64,000 nt of DNA, taken from contig JBGAHS010000007.1 of the NCBI GenBank assembly GCA_044226015.1, positions 224,001-288,000 on the forward strand, in the 5' to 3' direction. This DNA comes from Candidatus Obscuribacteraceae bacterium (lineage in GTDB: Bacteria; Cyanobacteriota; Vampirovibrionia; Obscuribacterales; Obscuribacteraceae). Positions within the stretch are counted from its first letter, which is position 1. Every line of letters begins with the position of its first letter. The notes under the pieces are model-generated. The model was not told the origin of the DNA. It searched no databases and saw only the letters and a list, made by a program, of their open reading frames with translations. This document shows positions 1 through 9,918 of this stretch, in pieces. Both the position numbers and the translations under genes were made by a program.

Positions 1-396
1 GTTATATTCATCTACAAGTACGGAACCAACTCCACCTGTGCTAATTGATAGTCCTGCTTCCATAGCATCTTCAGGAAATGTTTGTCGTGAGGGTTTCTTT
101 ATCACCTCATTTCTGGAAAGAGATTGTTCCCCCTCTCCGTCTGGAAACTTGACGCTATCAGCATCGAGAAGCAGCGCGCGTTTGCCGTTGTTGCTTACGC
201 TTAGTTTCAATATATGCGTTCCTTCAACAATACTGGCTGTTGCTGCCAGTTCCTCCATTTTTAGCGTTGCCGTCATTTGCGGGTTTGTCTGGTTTGAAGT
301 CTCTTTTAGCGGATCGCCAAGCTGAGCGTGTGCACAGTAAGCTGAACTCGTGAGGGTAATCAAAGTGAGAGATACAACGATGTTTGTCCTGAGCAT
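1..396 (-). CDS. Hypothetical exported protein, 3'-truncated by the window edge (MLRTNIVVSLTLITLTSSAYCAHAQLGDPLKE...)
   Basis: Hand-translated open frame from ATG at 396 to the window edge. It has a signal-peptide-like N-terminus and starts 1 nt after the ABC ATPase stop. Missing from the ORF track because the stop lies outside the window. Confidence 0.75.
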   Translation of the reverse strand, partial: MLRTNIVVSLTLITLTSSAYCAHAQLGDPLKETSNQTNPQMTATLKMEELAATASIVEGTHILKLSVSNNGKRALLLDADSVKFPDGEGEQSLSRNEVIKKPSRQTFPEDAMEAGLSISTGGVGSVLVDEYN

Positions 397-397
397 T

Positions 398-1102
398 CTA
401 GCGACCTCCATTCGTGGACCCGATTAGATGGTCACCGAGAATTTTTCCATCTCTTACTTTGATGACCCGCTGTGCATGACCGGCCGTTTCGGGGTCATGT
501 GTCACCAGAATTACTGTAATTCCTGCCTCGACGAGACGGTTAAAAACGCCCATGATTTCCTGCGCGGTGTTGCTATCGAGTGCCCCTGTTGGCTCGTCTG
601 CCAGTATTATTTGTGGATGATTTACAATTGCTCGGGCAATTGCAACACGTTGTTGCTGCCCACCAGATAGCTGATTTGGACGGTGATCCATTCTGTCTGC
701 CAGTCCTAGTTCCGTCAGTGCTTTCTGCGCTAGTTCATTTCGTTGTTGTTTTGGCACTCCAGCGTAAACCAGCGGTAGCATGACGTTTTCCAGTGCGCTC
801 ATGCGAGGAAGAAGATTGAATTGTTGAAACACGAAGCCAATGGTCTTGTTTCTCAACTCTGCTAATTCGTCGTCTGATCTGTTTGAAATGTCTTCGCCGT
901 GAAGAATGTATTGTCCAGATGTAGGTTTGTCGAGGCAGCCCACGATGTTCATCAAAGTGGATTTGCCTGAACCCGATGTGCCCATGATTGCAACATATTC
1001 GCCCTTCCCTATGGTCAAATCCAACCCTTGAAGAGCATGCACTGGCTCAGACCCAAGTTCATAAGTGCGCCATAAATTTTTCAGCTCTATGATGTTCTCC
1101 AT
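398..1102 (-). CDS. ABC transporter ATP-binding protein (MacB/LolD-like)
   Basis: Walker A GTSGSGKST, signature LSGGQQQR, Walker B ILADEPT, H-loop VTHD. Start moved to ATG 1102 (MENIIELK), which overlaps the permease stop (TGATG). Confidence 0.95.
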   Translation of the reverse strand: MENIIELKNLWRTYELGSEPVHALQGLDLTIGKGEYVAIMGTSGSGKSTLMNIVGCLDKPTSGQYILHGEDISNRSDDELAELRNKTIGFVFQQFNLLPRMSALENVMLPLVYAGVPKQQRNELAQKALTELGLADRMDHRPNQLSGGQQQRVAIARAIVNHPQIILADEPTGALDSNTAQEIMGVFNRLVEAGITVILVTHDPETAGHAQRVIKVRDGKILGDHLIGSTNGGR

Positions 1103-2325
1103 CAGTCTGACCTCAATGCCATAATTGGGTCGAGTTTTGCTGCTTTCCTTGCCGGATAGATTCCAAAGAACAATCCGATGGCTAGTGAAACGCAAAACGA
1201 TAGTACTACAGACAGTGGCGTCACTACGGTTGTCCATTTTGCAAAACTGCTTATAGCATATGAGCCACCAATTCCGAGTAGAATTCCGAGTAAGCCACCC
1301 GTTAGTGACATAAGCAGTGCTTCAAGGACAAATTGTGAGAGTATATCGCCGTACTTTGCACCTATGGCTTTCCGGATGCCAATTTCGCGAGTTCTTTCCG
1401 TAACGGAAACTAGCATGATATTCATAATTCCGATGCCACCAACCAGGAGTGAGATGCCTGCGGTTGCACCCAGAAGAAGGGAGAAGACACCCGTAATTGA
1501 TTGCGCTGTTTGCATGATGTCCAGCTGTGTGCGCAGCGTGAAGTCGTCATCCTCAGTTTTTAACTCGTGTCGAAGTCTGAGCAGGTTTGTGATCTGAAAG
1601 TTCGCTTGCAAATCTTGATCTTTATGTGCCTGTACGAGAATGGCTCTTACTGAGCGTCCTGTCACCTGGCTTAAACCAAAAAGCGTTGCATAACCTGTCG
1701 TAAGAGGAATGAAGACCTGGTCATCCATATCCATTCCCTGGGCAACACCTTTGTGTTCCATTTCGCCGATGACAGTGAAAATTTCTCCCCTGATCAAGAT
1801 GCGTTTGCCCATCGGGTTGTCGCCCGCGAAAAGACTGTCAGTTATGGCGTCGCCGATAACCGCTACTCTTGCGCCATCGTTCATCTCAGTGTCGTTAAAA
1901 AATCTTCCCCGTTTGGTGTAGAAGTTGCGAATACCTGGATAGGAAGGCTCTGTTGCTACTACCGACGTTAGAGTGTTATTCTCTCCGAACTGAACCTGAA
2001 AGTTGGATGTGTACTGTGCCGCCACTGCTTCCACGGCGGGGCAGTTGTCTTTTATTGCCAGAGCATCATCGTATGTCAGAGTTGGTGCGGTTCCTTGCCC
2101 TTGAGAAATGTGTGAACTACTGATTGAGCCCGGTCGAATGTAAATAAGATTGACACCAAGAGCGGTGACTTGTTTTTCTGCTTCAGCTTTGGCACCCTCT
2201 CCGATGCCCAGTAGCGTAATTACTGATGCAATGCCAATTATGATTCCTAAAACAGTAAGCCCGCTGCGAAGCTTATTGCTGAACAGCCCCTGCCAGGCTA
2301 TCGAAAGTAATTGAAAAATGTTCAC
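1102..2325 (-). CDS. ABC transporter permease (MacB/FtsX family)
   Basis: N-terminal RSGLTVLGIIIGIASV helix, large periplasmic domain, GGIGIMNIMLVSVTERTREIGIRKAIGA and YPARKAAKLDP motifs. Confidence 0.95.
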   Translation of the reverse strand: MNIFQLLSIAWQGLFSNKLRSGLTVLGIIIGIASVITLLGIGEGAKAEAEKQVTALGVNLIYIRPGSISSSHISQGQGTAPTLTYDDALAIKDNCPAVEAVAAQYTSNFQVQFGENNTLTSVVATEPSYPGIRNFYTKRGRFFNDTEMNDGARVAVIGDAITDSLFAGDNPMGKRILIRGEIFTVIGEMEHKGVAQGMDMDDQVFIPLTTGYATLFGLSQVTGRSVRAILVQAHKDQDLQANFQITNLLRLRHELKTEDDDFTLRTQLDIMQTAQSITGVFSLLLGATAGISLLVGGIGIMNIMLVSVTERTREIGIRKAIGAKYGDILSQFVLEALLMSLTGGLLGILLGIGGSYAISSFAKWTTVVTPLSVVLSFCVSLAIGLFFGIYPARKAAKLDPIMALRSD

Positions 2326-2340
2326 GTCGACTTGAAATGC

Positions 2341-3876
2341 CTACCTGATGCCACCACCGCCGCCGCCGCGTCCTCTACCTCCTCTTCCGCCGCCGCCGCT
2401 CATGAATGGTAATGGTCCATTGCCAGGTCCGCCAGGTCCCATGCCTCCGCCATAACCCTGCTTTGTTAGCTCTTCGCGCGAGAGCCCAAGGAAAATCTTA
2501 TCCCCTTCTTTCAAGCCGCGCTCGACAACAATTCTGCGGCCAACCGTAGCGCCAGTTTGAATTTCTTTGAATTCAGGCTTTCCTTCCTTTCCAGGTACAA
2601 AGACACCAGTTTGGCCTTTTTTGGAGACTACTGCAACCGTGGGAATCAGCAACGCGTCGTTGATCTTTCCGACCAGGAATTTTGCACCCACATTCATGCC
2701 AGAAAGCAGTTCTTTTGAAGCATCACCGATGAGATCTGCGTGAACTTCAAATGTAGTGACGTTTTGTGTGACTATTGCTGCGGGTGCAATTTGAGTGACT
2801 TTGCCTTGAAATGTTCTGTTTTGATATGAGGTCGCAGTAATATCGACTGCTTGTCCCACTTTTATTTTGGTGATACTCGATTCTGATACTTGTGCCACCA
2901 TTTCGAGTTCACCTGCCAGGGCTACAATCGAACTCGACGTTGCGGAAGTTGTAGCCGCTGAGGTTGTTGGTGTGACGAAGGCACCTTCATCTGCATATTT
3001 TTGAGTTATCACACCATCAAATGGAGCTTTTACTCGCATGTCCGCAAGCAAACTCTCCATCTTGTGCAGATTTCCATGTGCCTGCTCGGAAGCGTGTTTT
3101 GCTGCTTCGATTTCTTCTTGTCTAAAACCAGCATTCATCAGCTTCTGTTGTTCGAGAACTGTATTCAATTCTTCCTGGCTTTGCGCCATTGCGATTTCAG
3201 CTTGTGCTCGTTCTTTTACCGCAGCATTTAGCTGTGAACTAACAACCTCTTGTTGGGTTGCCGCATCAATTTGTGCTTGATCAGAGACTGCGCCAGCCTT
3301 GGCTAACATGGCTTGTCTTGCCGCAAACGTCTCTTCTCGCTTCAACTGTGCACGGGTTGCTTCCAATTGAGAGTCCAATCTCATGATGTTTTGCTTTGCT
3401 TGCAAGACTGCCTTTTGAGCACGCATCGCCTGATATTTTGAGGCCGCGATTTCTTGTGGACGATTTCCATGCTGCAATTTCTCGTAATTGGAAAGCGCGG
3501 TCAAATAAGCTCCGCGTGCCGATTCGATATCGCCCAGCAAATTGCTGTCGTCCATAATCGCTAAGATATCGCCTTCGTGAACATAGTCTCCTTGTTTTAC
3601 TATCAATTGCTTCAGCAAGCCAGACTGTTTGGGGCTGATCTTTACTTCTTTTTTGGGACGAATTGTGCCAGTCGCGAGAATGGCAATCTCGGCCGGACCC
3701 CTTTTAACTTGCGTAGTATTGGAAGCATCCGCCTCCGTAGTTTTATTCTGTTGCGACCACCAGTAATATCCCCCGGCTCCCGCCAGCGTAAGCAGAACGA
3801 GAGCAACAGCAGACCATTTCAGCAGTCGTGATTTCTGCTGTCTTGTTTTGTTTGATCGAACAATCTGTTGGGTCAT
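2341..3876 (-). CDS. Efflux periplasmic adaptor subunit (MacA/HlyD family)
   Basis: N-terminal TM helix, lipoyl half-motifs (VKQGDYVHEGD; APFDGVIT), long coiled coil, Gly/Arg-rich tail; in an operon with the ABC genes. Confidence 0.92.
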   Translation of the reverse strand: MTQQIVRSNKTRQQKSRLLKWSAVALVLLTLAGAGGYYWWSQQNKTTEADASNTTQVKRGPAEIAILATGTIRPKKEVKISPKQSGLLKQLIVKQGDYVHEGDILAIMDDSNLLGDIESARGAYLTALSNYEKLQHGNRPQEIAASKYQAMRAQKAVLQAKQNIMRLDSQLEATRAQLKREETFAARQAMLAKAGAVSDQAQIDAATQQEVVSSQLNAAVKERAQAEIAMAQSQEELNTVLEQQKLMNAGFRQEEIEAAKHASEQAHGNLHKMESLLADMRVKAPFDGVITQKYADEGAFVTPTTSAATTSATSSSIVALAGELEMVAQVSESSITKIKVGQAVDITATSYQNRTFQGKVTQIAPAAIVTQNVTTFEVHADLIGDASKELLSGMNVGAKFLVGKINDALLIPTVAVVSKKGQTGVFVPGKEGKPEFKEIQTGATVGRRIVVERGLKEGDKIFLGLSREELTKQGYGGGMGPGGPGNGPLPFMSGGGGRGGRGRGGGGGGIR

Positions 3877-3999
3877 AGGAAGATACCGCCGCAGCTCAGC
3901 AGTTTTAGTGCGCTGAAATCAACGCATTTGCTAGCAATATTAAATCTGGACGCTGCGCATTCCTCCATGTTCCCCTGGTATTCTAATCGATATACATGC

Positions 4000-5793
4000 T
4001 TAACGCACATTTTGCAAGTCTTTCACTCCAATTGGGCGAGCATATTCACGAGTCAAGCTGGCTATGGAAATCAAGCCAGTATCGCGCAATAACTGTGCCT
4101 GCGAGACGTTAAATGCAATGATGGCTTGCACATGATTTGTCAGAGCTGTTACATAGTCTCTTTGAGCTTGTATCAGCTCGAGGTTAATGCCCTGTCCATA
4201 GGTGACCCGGAGGTTAGCGAGCCTGAGCTGCTCTGCTGCTGAAACCAGGGCTTCAGCGGCAACGTCGACCTGCTCTTTTGCTGTGAGCATATTTAGATAT
4301 GAACTGCGAACTTCGAACTCCACATTCAACAGGGTCTGATTTGATTGCAAAAGTGCCTGGCGAGCAAGAGCCTGCGCCGAAAGTGTATTTGCTACGTCTG
4401 GAATTCCCATCGATGAGAGATTCCAGCTCAGGTCGAAGCCAGCGCTGACAGATCTGCCCCCGCTTCCACTGACCCCTATGCCACCACTACCGGTGCCTGT
4501 GGGGATAATTACGGTTGACCCCGCAAGAGAATTCGCATTGTTATTACTGTTGTTATTGCTGTTGGCACTCGAAGATGAAGACCCGTTTTGAGCCTTCACC
4601 GTGCTTAAGACGTTGTTTTGAAAGGTCTGAGTAAAATTACTCTTGAATGACTCTGTGTTTGTTGTCGATGCAAAAAATTGAAATGTCGGATAGAGGTTCG
4701 CTTGTTGAACTTGAACATTTCTGCGAGCCGCTAAGCGAAGAGCCTCGTATTGTTTTAGCTCAGGGCGTAATTTCATGGTCGTGCTCATTAGATCTTTAAT
4801 GTCGACCGTTTGCGGAATGAGCCTGACCTCCCTGACTTTTGATTCTCTGGGAATGAGGTTAATCGCCATACTTGTATTAAGAATGCGCGCAAGCTGCAAT
4901 GATGCCTGGCGAACCAGAACTTGCTGTTGCAACAATGCTTGCTTATCGAGAGCTAACTGCGTGCGTGATTGATAAACAGCAAAAGTTGTTCCTACTCCGG
5001 CATCTTTTAATTGTTGGTTGAGAGATAGCTGCGTGCGAGACAATTCAACCGATTTTACGCGAATCTGCAAAAGAGACTGCTGCAGCAAGAGGTCAAAATA
5101 ACGGCGGTATGAATCTAACAAAACATCATTTATTGATGCGTGATAACTGTTTTTTGCTGCCTTCGCTCTGAAGTAATTCACCGCGGCACCATATACGATG
5201 CGCCCACCTTGAAAAACGGGGAATCTCACAGTTGTTGAATCCGTGAATATTTGCGAAGGAAAGCTACCGAGACTTTGTAAGCGTTGCCCTCTATAGCCTA
5301 TGGTGAAATCGGGTAAAAATCTGCCTAAAGACCCCCAGAACAAGTATTTTTGAGAGTCATAAGAGGCTTGAGAAATTCGAATCGCTAGATTGTTGTTCAA
5401 AGCGACGCGCAGTACATCTTCCAATCCCACAGGCTCATTGAAGCTAGCTTCCAATTTAATTGGAGGGAGCTTTCCTCCGCCGATTGGTAACAACTCGGCA
5501 GCCGGAATTGGAGTGAGCTCAACTGTTCCAGCCTCCTCCTTTTGTTGGGCTGTCAGACCGGGATCTTTCTTTTCTTCTGTAAATGGAACTGCAGGATTGT
5601 TCGGAAGCGGGTAGAGCTGCTCCAGGCTGGAATCAGCCGCAGGGTGAGGTACTGTGCCATTCTGTTTATTTGAAATTTTGCTTGACGGAATTGTTTGTTG
5701 AAGCTGCGCTTCCGCAGGCATTTGCGCCAGAAGAATCAGGGCCAGAAGGGAAATATGTTTATGACGCAAGAAGCTACTCACTCTGGTTGACAA
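4000..5793 (-). CDS. TolC-family outer membrane efflux protein
   Basis: Signal peptide and two OEP-like repeats (ALNNNLAI; RPELKQ; G.GINLELIQAQ); lies upstream of the adaptor and ABC genes. Start uncertain (TTG 5793 or GTG 5781). Confidence 0.9.
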   Translation of the reverse strand: MSTRVSSFLRHKHISLLALILLAQMPAEAQLQQTIPSSKISNKQNGTVPHPAADSSLEQLYPLPNNPAVPFTEEKKDPGLTAQQKEEAGTVELTPIPAAELLPIGGGKLPPIKLEASFNEPVGLEDVLRVALNNNLAIRISQASYDSQKYLFWGSLGRFLPDFTIGYRGQRLQSLGSFPSQIFTDSTTVRFPVFQGGRIVYGAAVNYFRAKAAKNSYHASINDVLLDSYRRYFDLLLQQSLLQIRVKSVELSRTQLSLNQQLKDAGVGTTFAVYQSRTQLALDKQALLQQQVLVRQASLQLARILNTSMAINLIPRESKVREVRLIPQTVDIKDLMSTTMKLRPELKQYEALRLAARRNVQVQQANLYPTFQFFASTTNTESFKSNFTQTFQNNVLSTVKAQNGSSSSSANSNNNSNNNANSLAGSTVIIPTGTGSGGIGVSGSGGRSVSAGFDLSWNLSSMGIPDVANTLSAQALARQALLQSNQTLLNVEFEVRSSYLNMLTAKEQVDVAAEALVSAAEQLRLANLRVTYGQGINLELIQAQRDYVTALTNHVQAIIAFNVSQAQLLRDTGLISIASLTREYARPIGVKDLQNVR

Positions 5794-5908
5794 TAATAAG
5801 GATCTGATGCATCTCCATTGTCTCCTGAGCTGCGAACCGGCACATTAGTGGACTCCAAGCCTTTGTATTATATAAGCGCAGTTATTAATTGAGAGCTGCA
5901 AACTATGT

Positions 5909-6505
5909 TTATTGGCTATGAACTGGTGTTAGCAATGGACATTTTTCGAGAAAATCAGCTTCGCGAGTGATGGCTGAATCTTCCGTATGACAGAAGGGGG
6001 TTCTCTTTAGCCGTCCTGTAAAAAGGTCATCTAAGCCATATGGAGCATATATTTCAATGCTCTCGTCTTTACTTAATCTGACACCGATAGCAGTGGCTGT
6101 ATGCAAGAAGTGCTTGATGCCATCTTTACTGTTGCTGAATGAAAAATGCCAGTCCCTCCAGTGTCCGAAGCTCGACTGGTTTTTTACGTCGAAGACCCAT
6201 TGGCCATGGAGGCTCTCCAGGAAGGCTTTCTTGCTGCGCTCAAAGGGTCTTTCCGTGTCAAGGTCGAAAAAAAGAACATCGAGATCTTTGATTTTCAATT
6301 TGCAATCGTTTCCGTAGATATTTTGCCAGACGGTGTTGCGAATTGCGCCCCCAGCTAACCAGCAATCAGGCAAATCTAAATCACGAATGGAGTAAAGTGT
6401 TTCGAACCATTCACAGTCGCGAATTATTTGCCGTAGTCGTTCTTCCGGTTCGAGCCTAGCCGCGCATCCATTTCTCTTGGACTCATCACCAGGGTGCGCC
6501 ATCAA
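5909..6505 (-). CDS. Nucleotidyltransferase family protein (DUF925-like)
   Basis: WLAGGAIRNTVW, KDLDVLFFD, VKNQ, TATAIGVR and APYGLDDLF motifs. Confidence 0.85.
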   Translation of the reverse strand: MMAHPGDESKRNGCAARLEPEERLRQIIRDCEWFETLYSIRDLDLPDCWLAGGAIRNTVWQNIYGNDCKLKIKDLDVLFFDLDTERPFERSKKAFLESLHGQWVFDVKNQSSFGHWRDWHFSFSNSKDGIKHFLHTATAIGVRLSKDESIEIYAPYGLDDLFTGRLKRTPFCHTEDSAITREADFLEKCPLLTPVHSQ

Positions 6506-6611
6506 TTTGATTCTCCGCTCTGCTCAGGCTTTTTAGACGCTTAATTATAGTTGAATCGACTAAAAAGTTTATGACGGGGAATTATGTTAATGCTAGAGAG
6601 GGTGAATTTTA

Positions 6612-7169
6612 ATGCTATTAGCAGACACAATGGCGATCTTTTTTGTGATCATAGGGTTGCTCATAACCTTCCCCAGTCTGTGGTTGTTTTGTGAGGCGCT
6701 CTTTCCTGCGTGGGTTGACGAGAGCAGCAGCGCCGTGAAACATGGATTTATTAAATCGCTACTTTGCGGTATACCGGTAGTTCTGGCTGCGGTCTTCATT
6801 GTTGCCATACTGGGAAAGCTACCAGGCTCAGTAGGGCAAATCGCCGGAATTCTTAGTTTTTGCTTGCTCATGCTTTTTGCACAACTAGGAGTAGCAGGCT
6901 TCGCTCGCGTTTTGGGTATGCGTCTGAAAAATTCAGAAAAAGACACAACAATCAGAGTTACTCTTCGTGGTGGCGCAGTTCTTGTGCTAACGTTTTTGTT
7001 GCCTATTCTCGGTTGGTTCTTAATTCTGCCCGGCTCTATTGTAATAGGCGCTGGCTCTTCTATCAGGGTCTTCTGTTCAAGAATCAGAGCAACGATGAGA
7101 AGTTCAAAAAAGGCGAAGGCGCCAGCTGTTGTATTGTCCGGCTCTGAGGCAGGCTTGCAAGAGCCATGA
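6612..7169 (+). CDS. Multi-pass membrane protein, first gene of the DUF1800/DUF1501 operon
   Basis: About 5 hydrophobic segments; ATGA overlap with the next gene. Confidence 0.8.
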   Translation: MLLADTMAIFFVIIGLLITFPSLWLFCEALFPAWVDESSSAVKHGFIKSLLCGIPVVLAAVFIVAILGKLPGSVGQIAGILSFCLLMLFAQLGVAGFARVLGMRLKNSEKDTTIRVTLRGGAVLVLTFLLPILGWFLILPGSIVIGAGSSIRVFCSRIRATMRSSKKAKAPAVVLSGSEAGLQEP

Positions 7170-8656
7170 AGCTAAGTCGGAGAAAAGCACTGGAGGCTGC
7201 AGCTGCCATAGCCGCATGTTCATCGCTAAGTTCTTGCGAGTCAATTTACAGCGAAGTAAGCAAAAATCTCGGAACTCGAATCCCGGAAAAAGTTGCAGTG
7301 CCTGCTGGAGAGGCAATAGACCCCTTCTTTCATTTTCTTTCCCGAGCTTCCTACGGTCCCTGGGTCGGCGATGTACAAAAGTTGCGTGAAAAAGGAATAG
7401 AGAAGTGGTTAGAAGAGCAGTTAGAGCCAGAGAAAATAAATGATATCGCCTGCGAAGTTCGAGCCAGAAGATTTGAAACCATACACTTGAATGAAGGCGC
7501 TTGTTTCGATTTTAAGCGTGAATCTTTGCGTCAGGATATATTGCGCCACACACTTTTGCGTGCTATTTACAGCCAACGGCAATTACTAGAAGTGATGAGC
7601 GGTTTTTGGACCGACCATTTGAACATCAGTCTGGATAAGGGCGATTGCATCTATTACAAAGCTTCAGATGATCGGCGCGTCGTTCGGCAGAATGCTTTGC
7701 GGCATTTTAAGCCAATGATACTGTCTTCTGCCAAATCACCTGCGATGCTTGAATATCTTGATGGCAAAGAAAATAAGATCAAACCATCGGGTGTACCAAA
7801 TGAAAACTATGCACGTGAATTGCTCGAGTTGCATACGCTCGGTGTTCACGGTGGCTATTGCCAGAAAGATGTTTACGAGCTGGCTCGCTGTCTCACCGGC
7901 TGGACTTTGCCTGGTGAATCTGAGCGGGGTAAGGTACAGTTTGTTGCAGACTTACATGACAATGGGGAAAAGCACTTGCTGGGCAAGACCGTTCCGGCTG
8001 GCGGCGGTGAAAAGGATCTTGCCACTGCTGTTGATATCATTTTTTCTCATCCAAACTGCGCTCGTTATGTCGCAGGAAAAATTACCAATCATTTTGTCAG
8101 TCAACCAAGTGATAATCTATTGAAAGCCGCAGTCTCTTCGTTCGAAAAACATCCTGACGGCGACATTCAGGCAACTCTGAAAACTGTTTTGCTATCACCT
8201 GAGTTTATGGCAGATCGAGGCACGAAAATAAAGCGTCCGTTCAACTTTATTGTTTCGCTTCTACGCTCATTAGGGGCTGATACTCACGCTCATAATGATT
8301 TGCTTGAATATCTTCAGCGCATGGGGCAGATGCCCTTCCAATACCCGACTCCCGATGGTTACCCTGAAGATCCTGATTTCTGGATGGGCACTCTTTTGTG
8401 GCGCTGGAAGTTTGCACTTGCCTGTTGTTCGGCTGAGATTGAATCAGTAAGCCTGGACTTTGAGTCCTTTTTCTCATCATTGGGATTCAGCGAAAATGAC
8501 AAGGCAATTGCCTCTAAGGCTTTTGCTCATTTTATTGGTCGAGACCCTGATGCTACGGAGTTGTCTGCTCTGAATTCATACAGTGCTGATAGACGGGTTC
8601 AAAGAAAAGATCTCATAAGCCTCGTGCTTTGTTCGCCTGCTTTTCAGAGGTACTAG
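7166..8656 (+). CDS. DUF1800 family protein with Tat/lipoprotein-like signal
   Basis: FWTDHLN, SPAMLEYLD, PNENYARELLELHTLG and PTPDGY motifs; N-terminal SRRKAL...LSSC. Confidence 0.92.
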   Translation: MKLSRRKALEAAAAIAACSSLSSCESIYSEVSKNLGTRIPEKVAVPAGEAIDPFFHFLSRASYGPWVGDVQKLREKGIEKWLEEQLEPEKINDIACEVRARRFETIHLNEGACFDFKRESLRQDILRHTLLRAIYSQRQLLEVMSGFWTDHLNISLDKGDCIYYKASDDRRVVRQNALRHFKPMILSSAKSPAMLEYLDGKENKIKPSGVPNENYARELLELHTLGVHGGYCQKDVYELARCLTGWTLPGESERGKVQFVADLHDNGEKHLLGKTVPAGGGEKDLATAVDIIFSHPNCARYVAGKITNHFVSQPSDNLLKAAVSSFEKHPDGDIQATLKTVLLSPEFMADRGTKIKRPFNFIVSLLRSLGADTHAHNDLLEYLQRMGQMPFQYPTPDGYPEDPDFWMGTLLWRWKFALACCSAEIESVSLDFESFFSSLGFSENDKAIASKAFAHFIGRDPDATELSALNSYSADRRVQRKDLISLVLCSPAFQRY

Positions 8657-8659
8657 AAG

Positions 8660-9886
8660 ATGGGAGAGTCCAGGCGATCATTTTTGAAGAAACTGTTCTT
8701 GGCTGATAACAGTGCCGGCAATGAAGCTAAAGATACGCTGGTTTGCATCTTTTTGCGCGGTGGTGCTGACACTCTGAATATGTTTTATCCCTTTGCTGAT
8801 GATGATTATTATAAGGTTCGCCCGACCTTAGCCATTTCAAAACCTGGAAGCAATAAGGCAAATTGTGGTACACGGTTGAACGACATGCTAGCTCTTCATC
8901 CCAAGTTAAGCCCAATATATCCCATGTTTGCTGAAGGTGAATTGGCTCTGATTCAAGCTGTGGGAACTGATAACCCATCAGGTTCTCATTTCGAAGTGCA
9001 GGATCAAATGGAACATGGTGAAGCCTACGGTCACACCATTGGTGGTGGCTGGCTTGGACGTTATCTTCGCTCAAGAGCCACGGAACAGTTGACGCCGTTG
9101 TCCGCAGTAGCGATAGGTGTAGCCGTTCCGGAGTCCTTTCGAGGTGCGCCGGTTCTCAGCGTGATAAGAAAGGTAGAGGAAATTAGCATTAATAGTCCGT
9201 CTGCTTGTACAGACGAACTCTGCAAGGCTTTATCATCGATGTATGGGCATTCAGATCTTCGTGTTTTGAGCTCTGCGGGCGTTACCAATTTAGATTTGCT
9301 GAAGCGCGTTGATAAGATTCGCAAGCAGCAGTATAAGCCCTCGTCTGGTGCTGATTATGCAGATGATGAATTTTCAGACGGGCTAAAAGAGTTGGCTCGC
9401 TTGATTAAAGCAGATGTCGGGTTGGAGGTCGCATGTATTGACCTGAACGGCTGGGATACGCATTTCGTACAAGGAGCTATTGAAGGATTGCAACCATCTC
9501 TGATTGAATCACTGGGAAAAGGTCTCGCCGCTTTTCATAGTGATTTACGTAAGTGCAAGCGCAAAGTCAACACAATCGTGATGACAGAATTTGGACGCAG
9601 AACCTACGAGAATGGCTCTTTAGGAACTGACCACGGACGTGGTTTTACTCTAATGGTCTTTGGCAGTTCGATAAATGGTGGCAAAATCTACGGACATTAT
9701 CCCGGGCTTGAAGATGATCAGTACGCGCTCGGTCCTGGTGGACTGCGAATAACTACGGACTATCGAGCTATTTTGGCAGAGCTTCTCTCAGCCCATAAAG
9801 TTTCAACTGATCTCGTCTTTCCGGGCTTTAAGTACTCAAAAATGGGCTTCATAAAAGAGCCTGAACAAAAACGAGAGGCGGTTTAG
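8660..9886 (+). CDS. DUF1501 family protein
   Basis: IFLRGGADTLN, SHFEVQD, GWLGR, GWDTH and TEFGR...ENGSLGTDHG motifs; the usual partner of DUF1800. Confidence 0.93.
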   Translation: MGESRRSFLKKLFLADNSAGNEAKDTLVCIFLRGGADTLNMFYPFADDDYYKVRPTLAISKPGSNKANCGTRLNDMLALHPKLSPIYPMFAEGELALIQAVGTDNPSGSHFEVQDQMEHGEAYGHTIGGGWLGRYLRSRATEQLTPLSAVAIGVAVPESFRGAPVLSVIRKVEEISINSPSACTDELCKALSSMYGHSDLRVLSSAGVTNLDLLKRVDKIRKQQYKPSSGADYADDEFSDGLKELARLIKADVGLEVACIDLNGWDTHFVQGAIEGLQPSLIESLGKGLAAFHSDLRKCKRKVNTIVMTEFGRRTYENGSLGTDHGRGFTLMVFGSSINGGKIYGHYPGLEDDQYALGPGGLRITTDYRAILAELLSAHKVSTDLVFPGFKYSKMGFIKEPEQKREAV

Positions 9887-9896
9887 CCTCTCGTTT
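9869..9896. terminator. Hairpin between convergent genes (probable intrinsic terminator)
   Basis: AAACGAGAGGC-ggttta-GCCTCTCGTTT, a perfect 11-bp stem; the U-tract is best on the minus strand. Confidence 0.75.
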
Positions 9897-9918
9897 CTGC
9901 AGCAATTTTTCGGTCGTC

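Noticed and set aside
38..325. 95-aa plus-strand ORF
   Set aside because: It is the antisense shadow of the minus-strand gene at 1-396.
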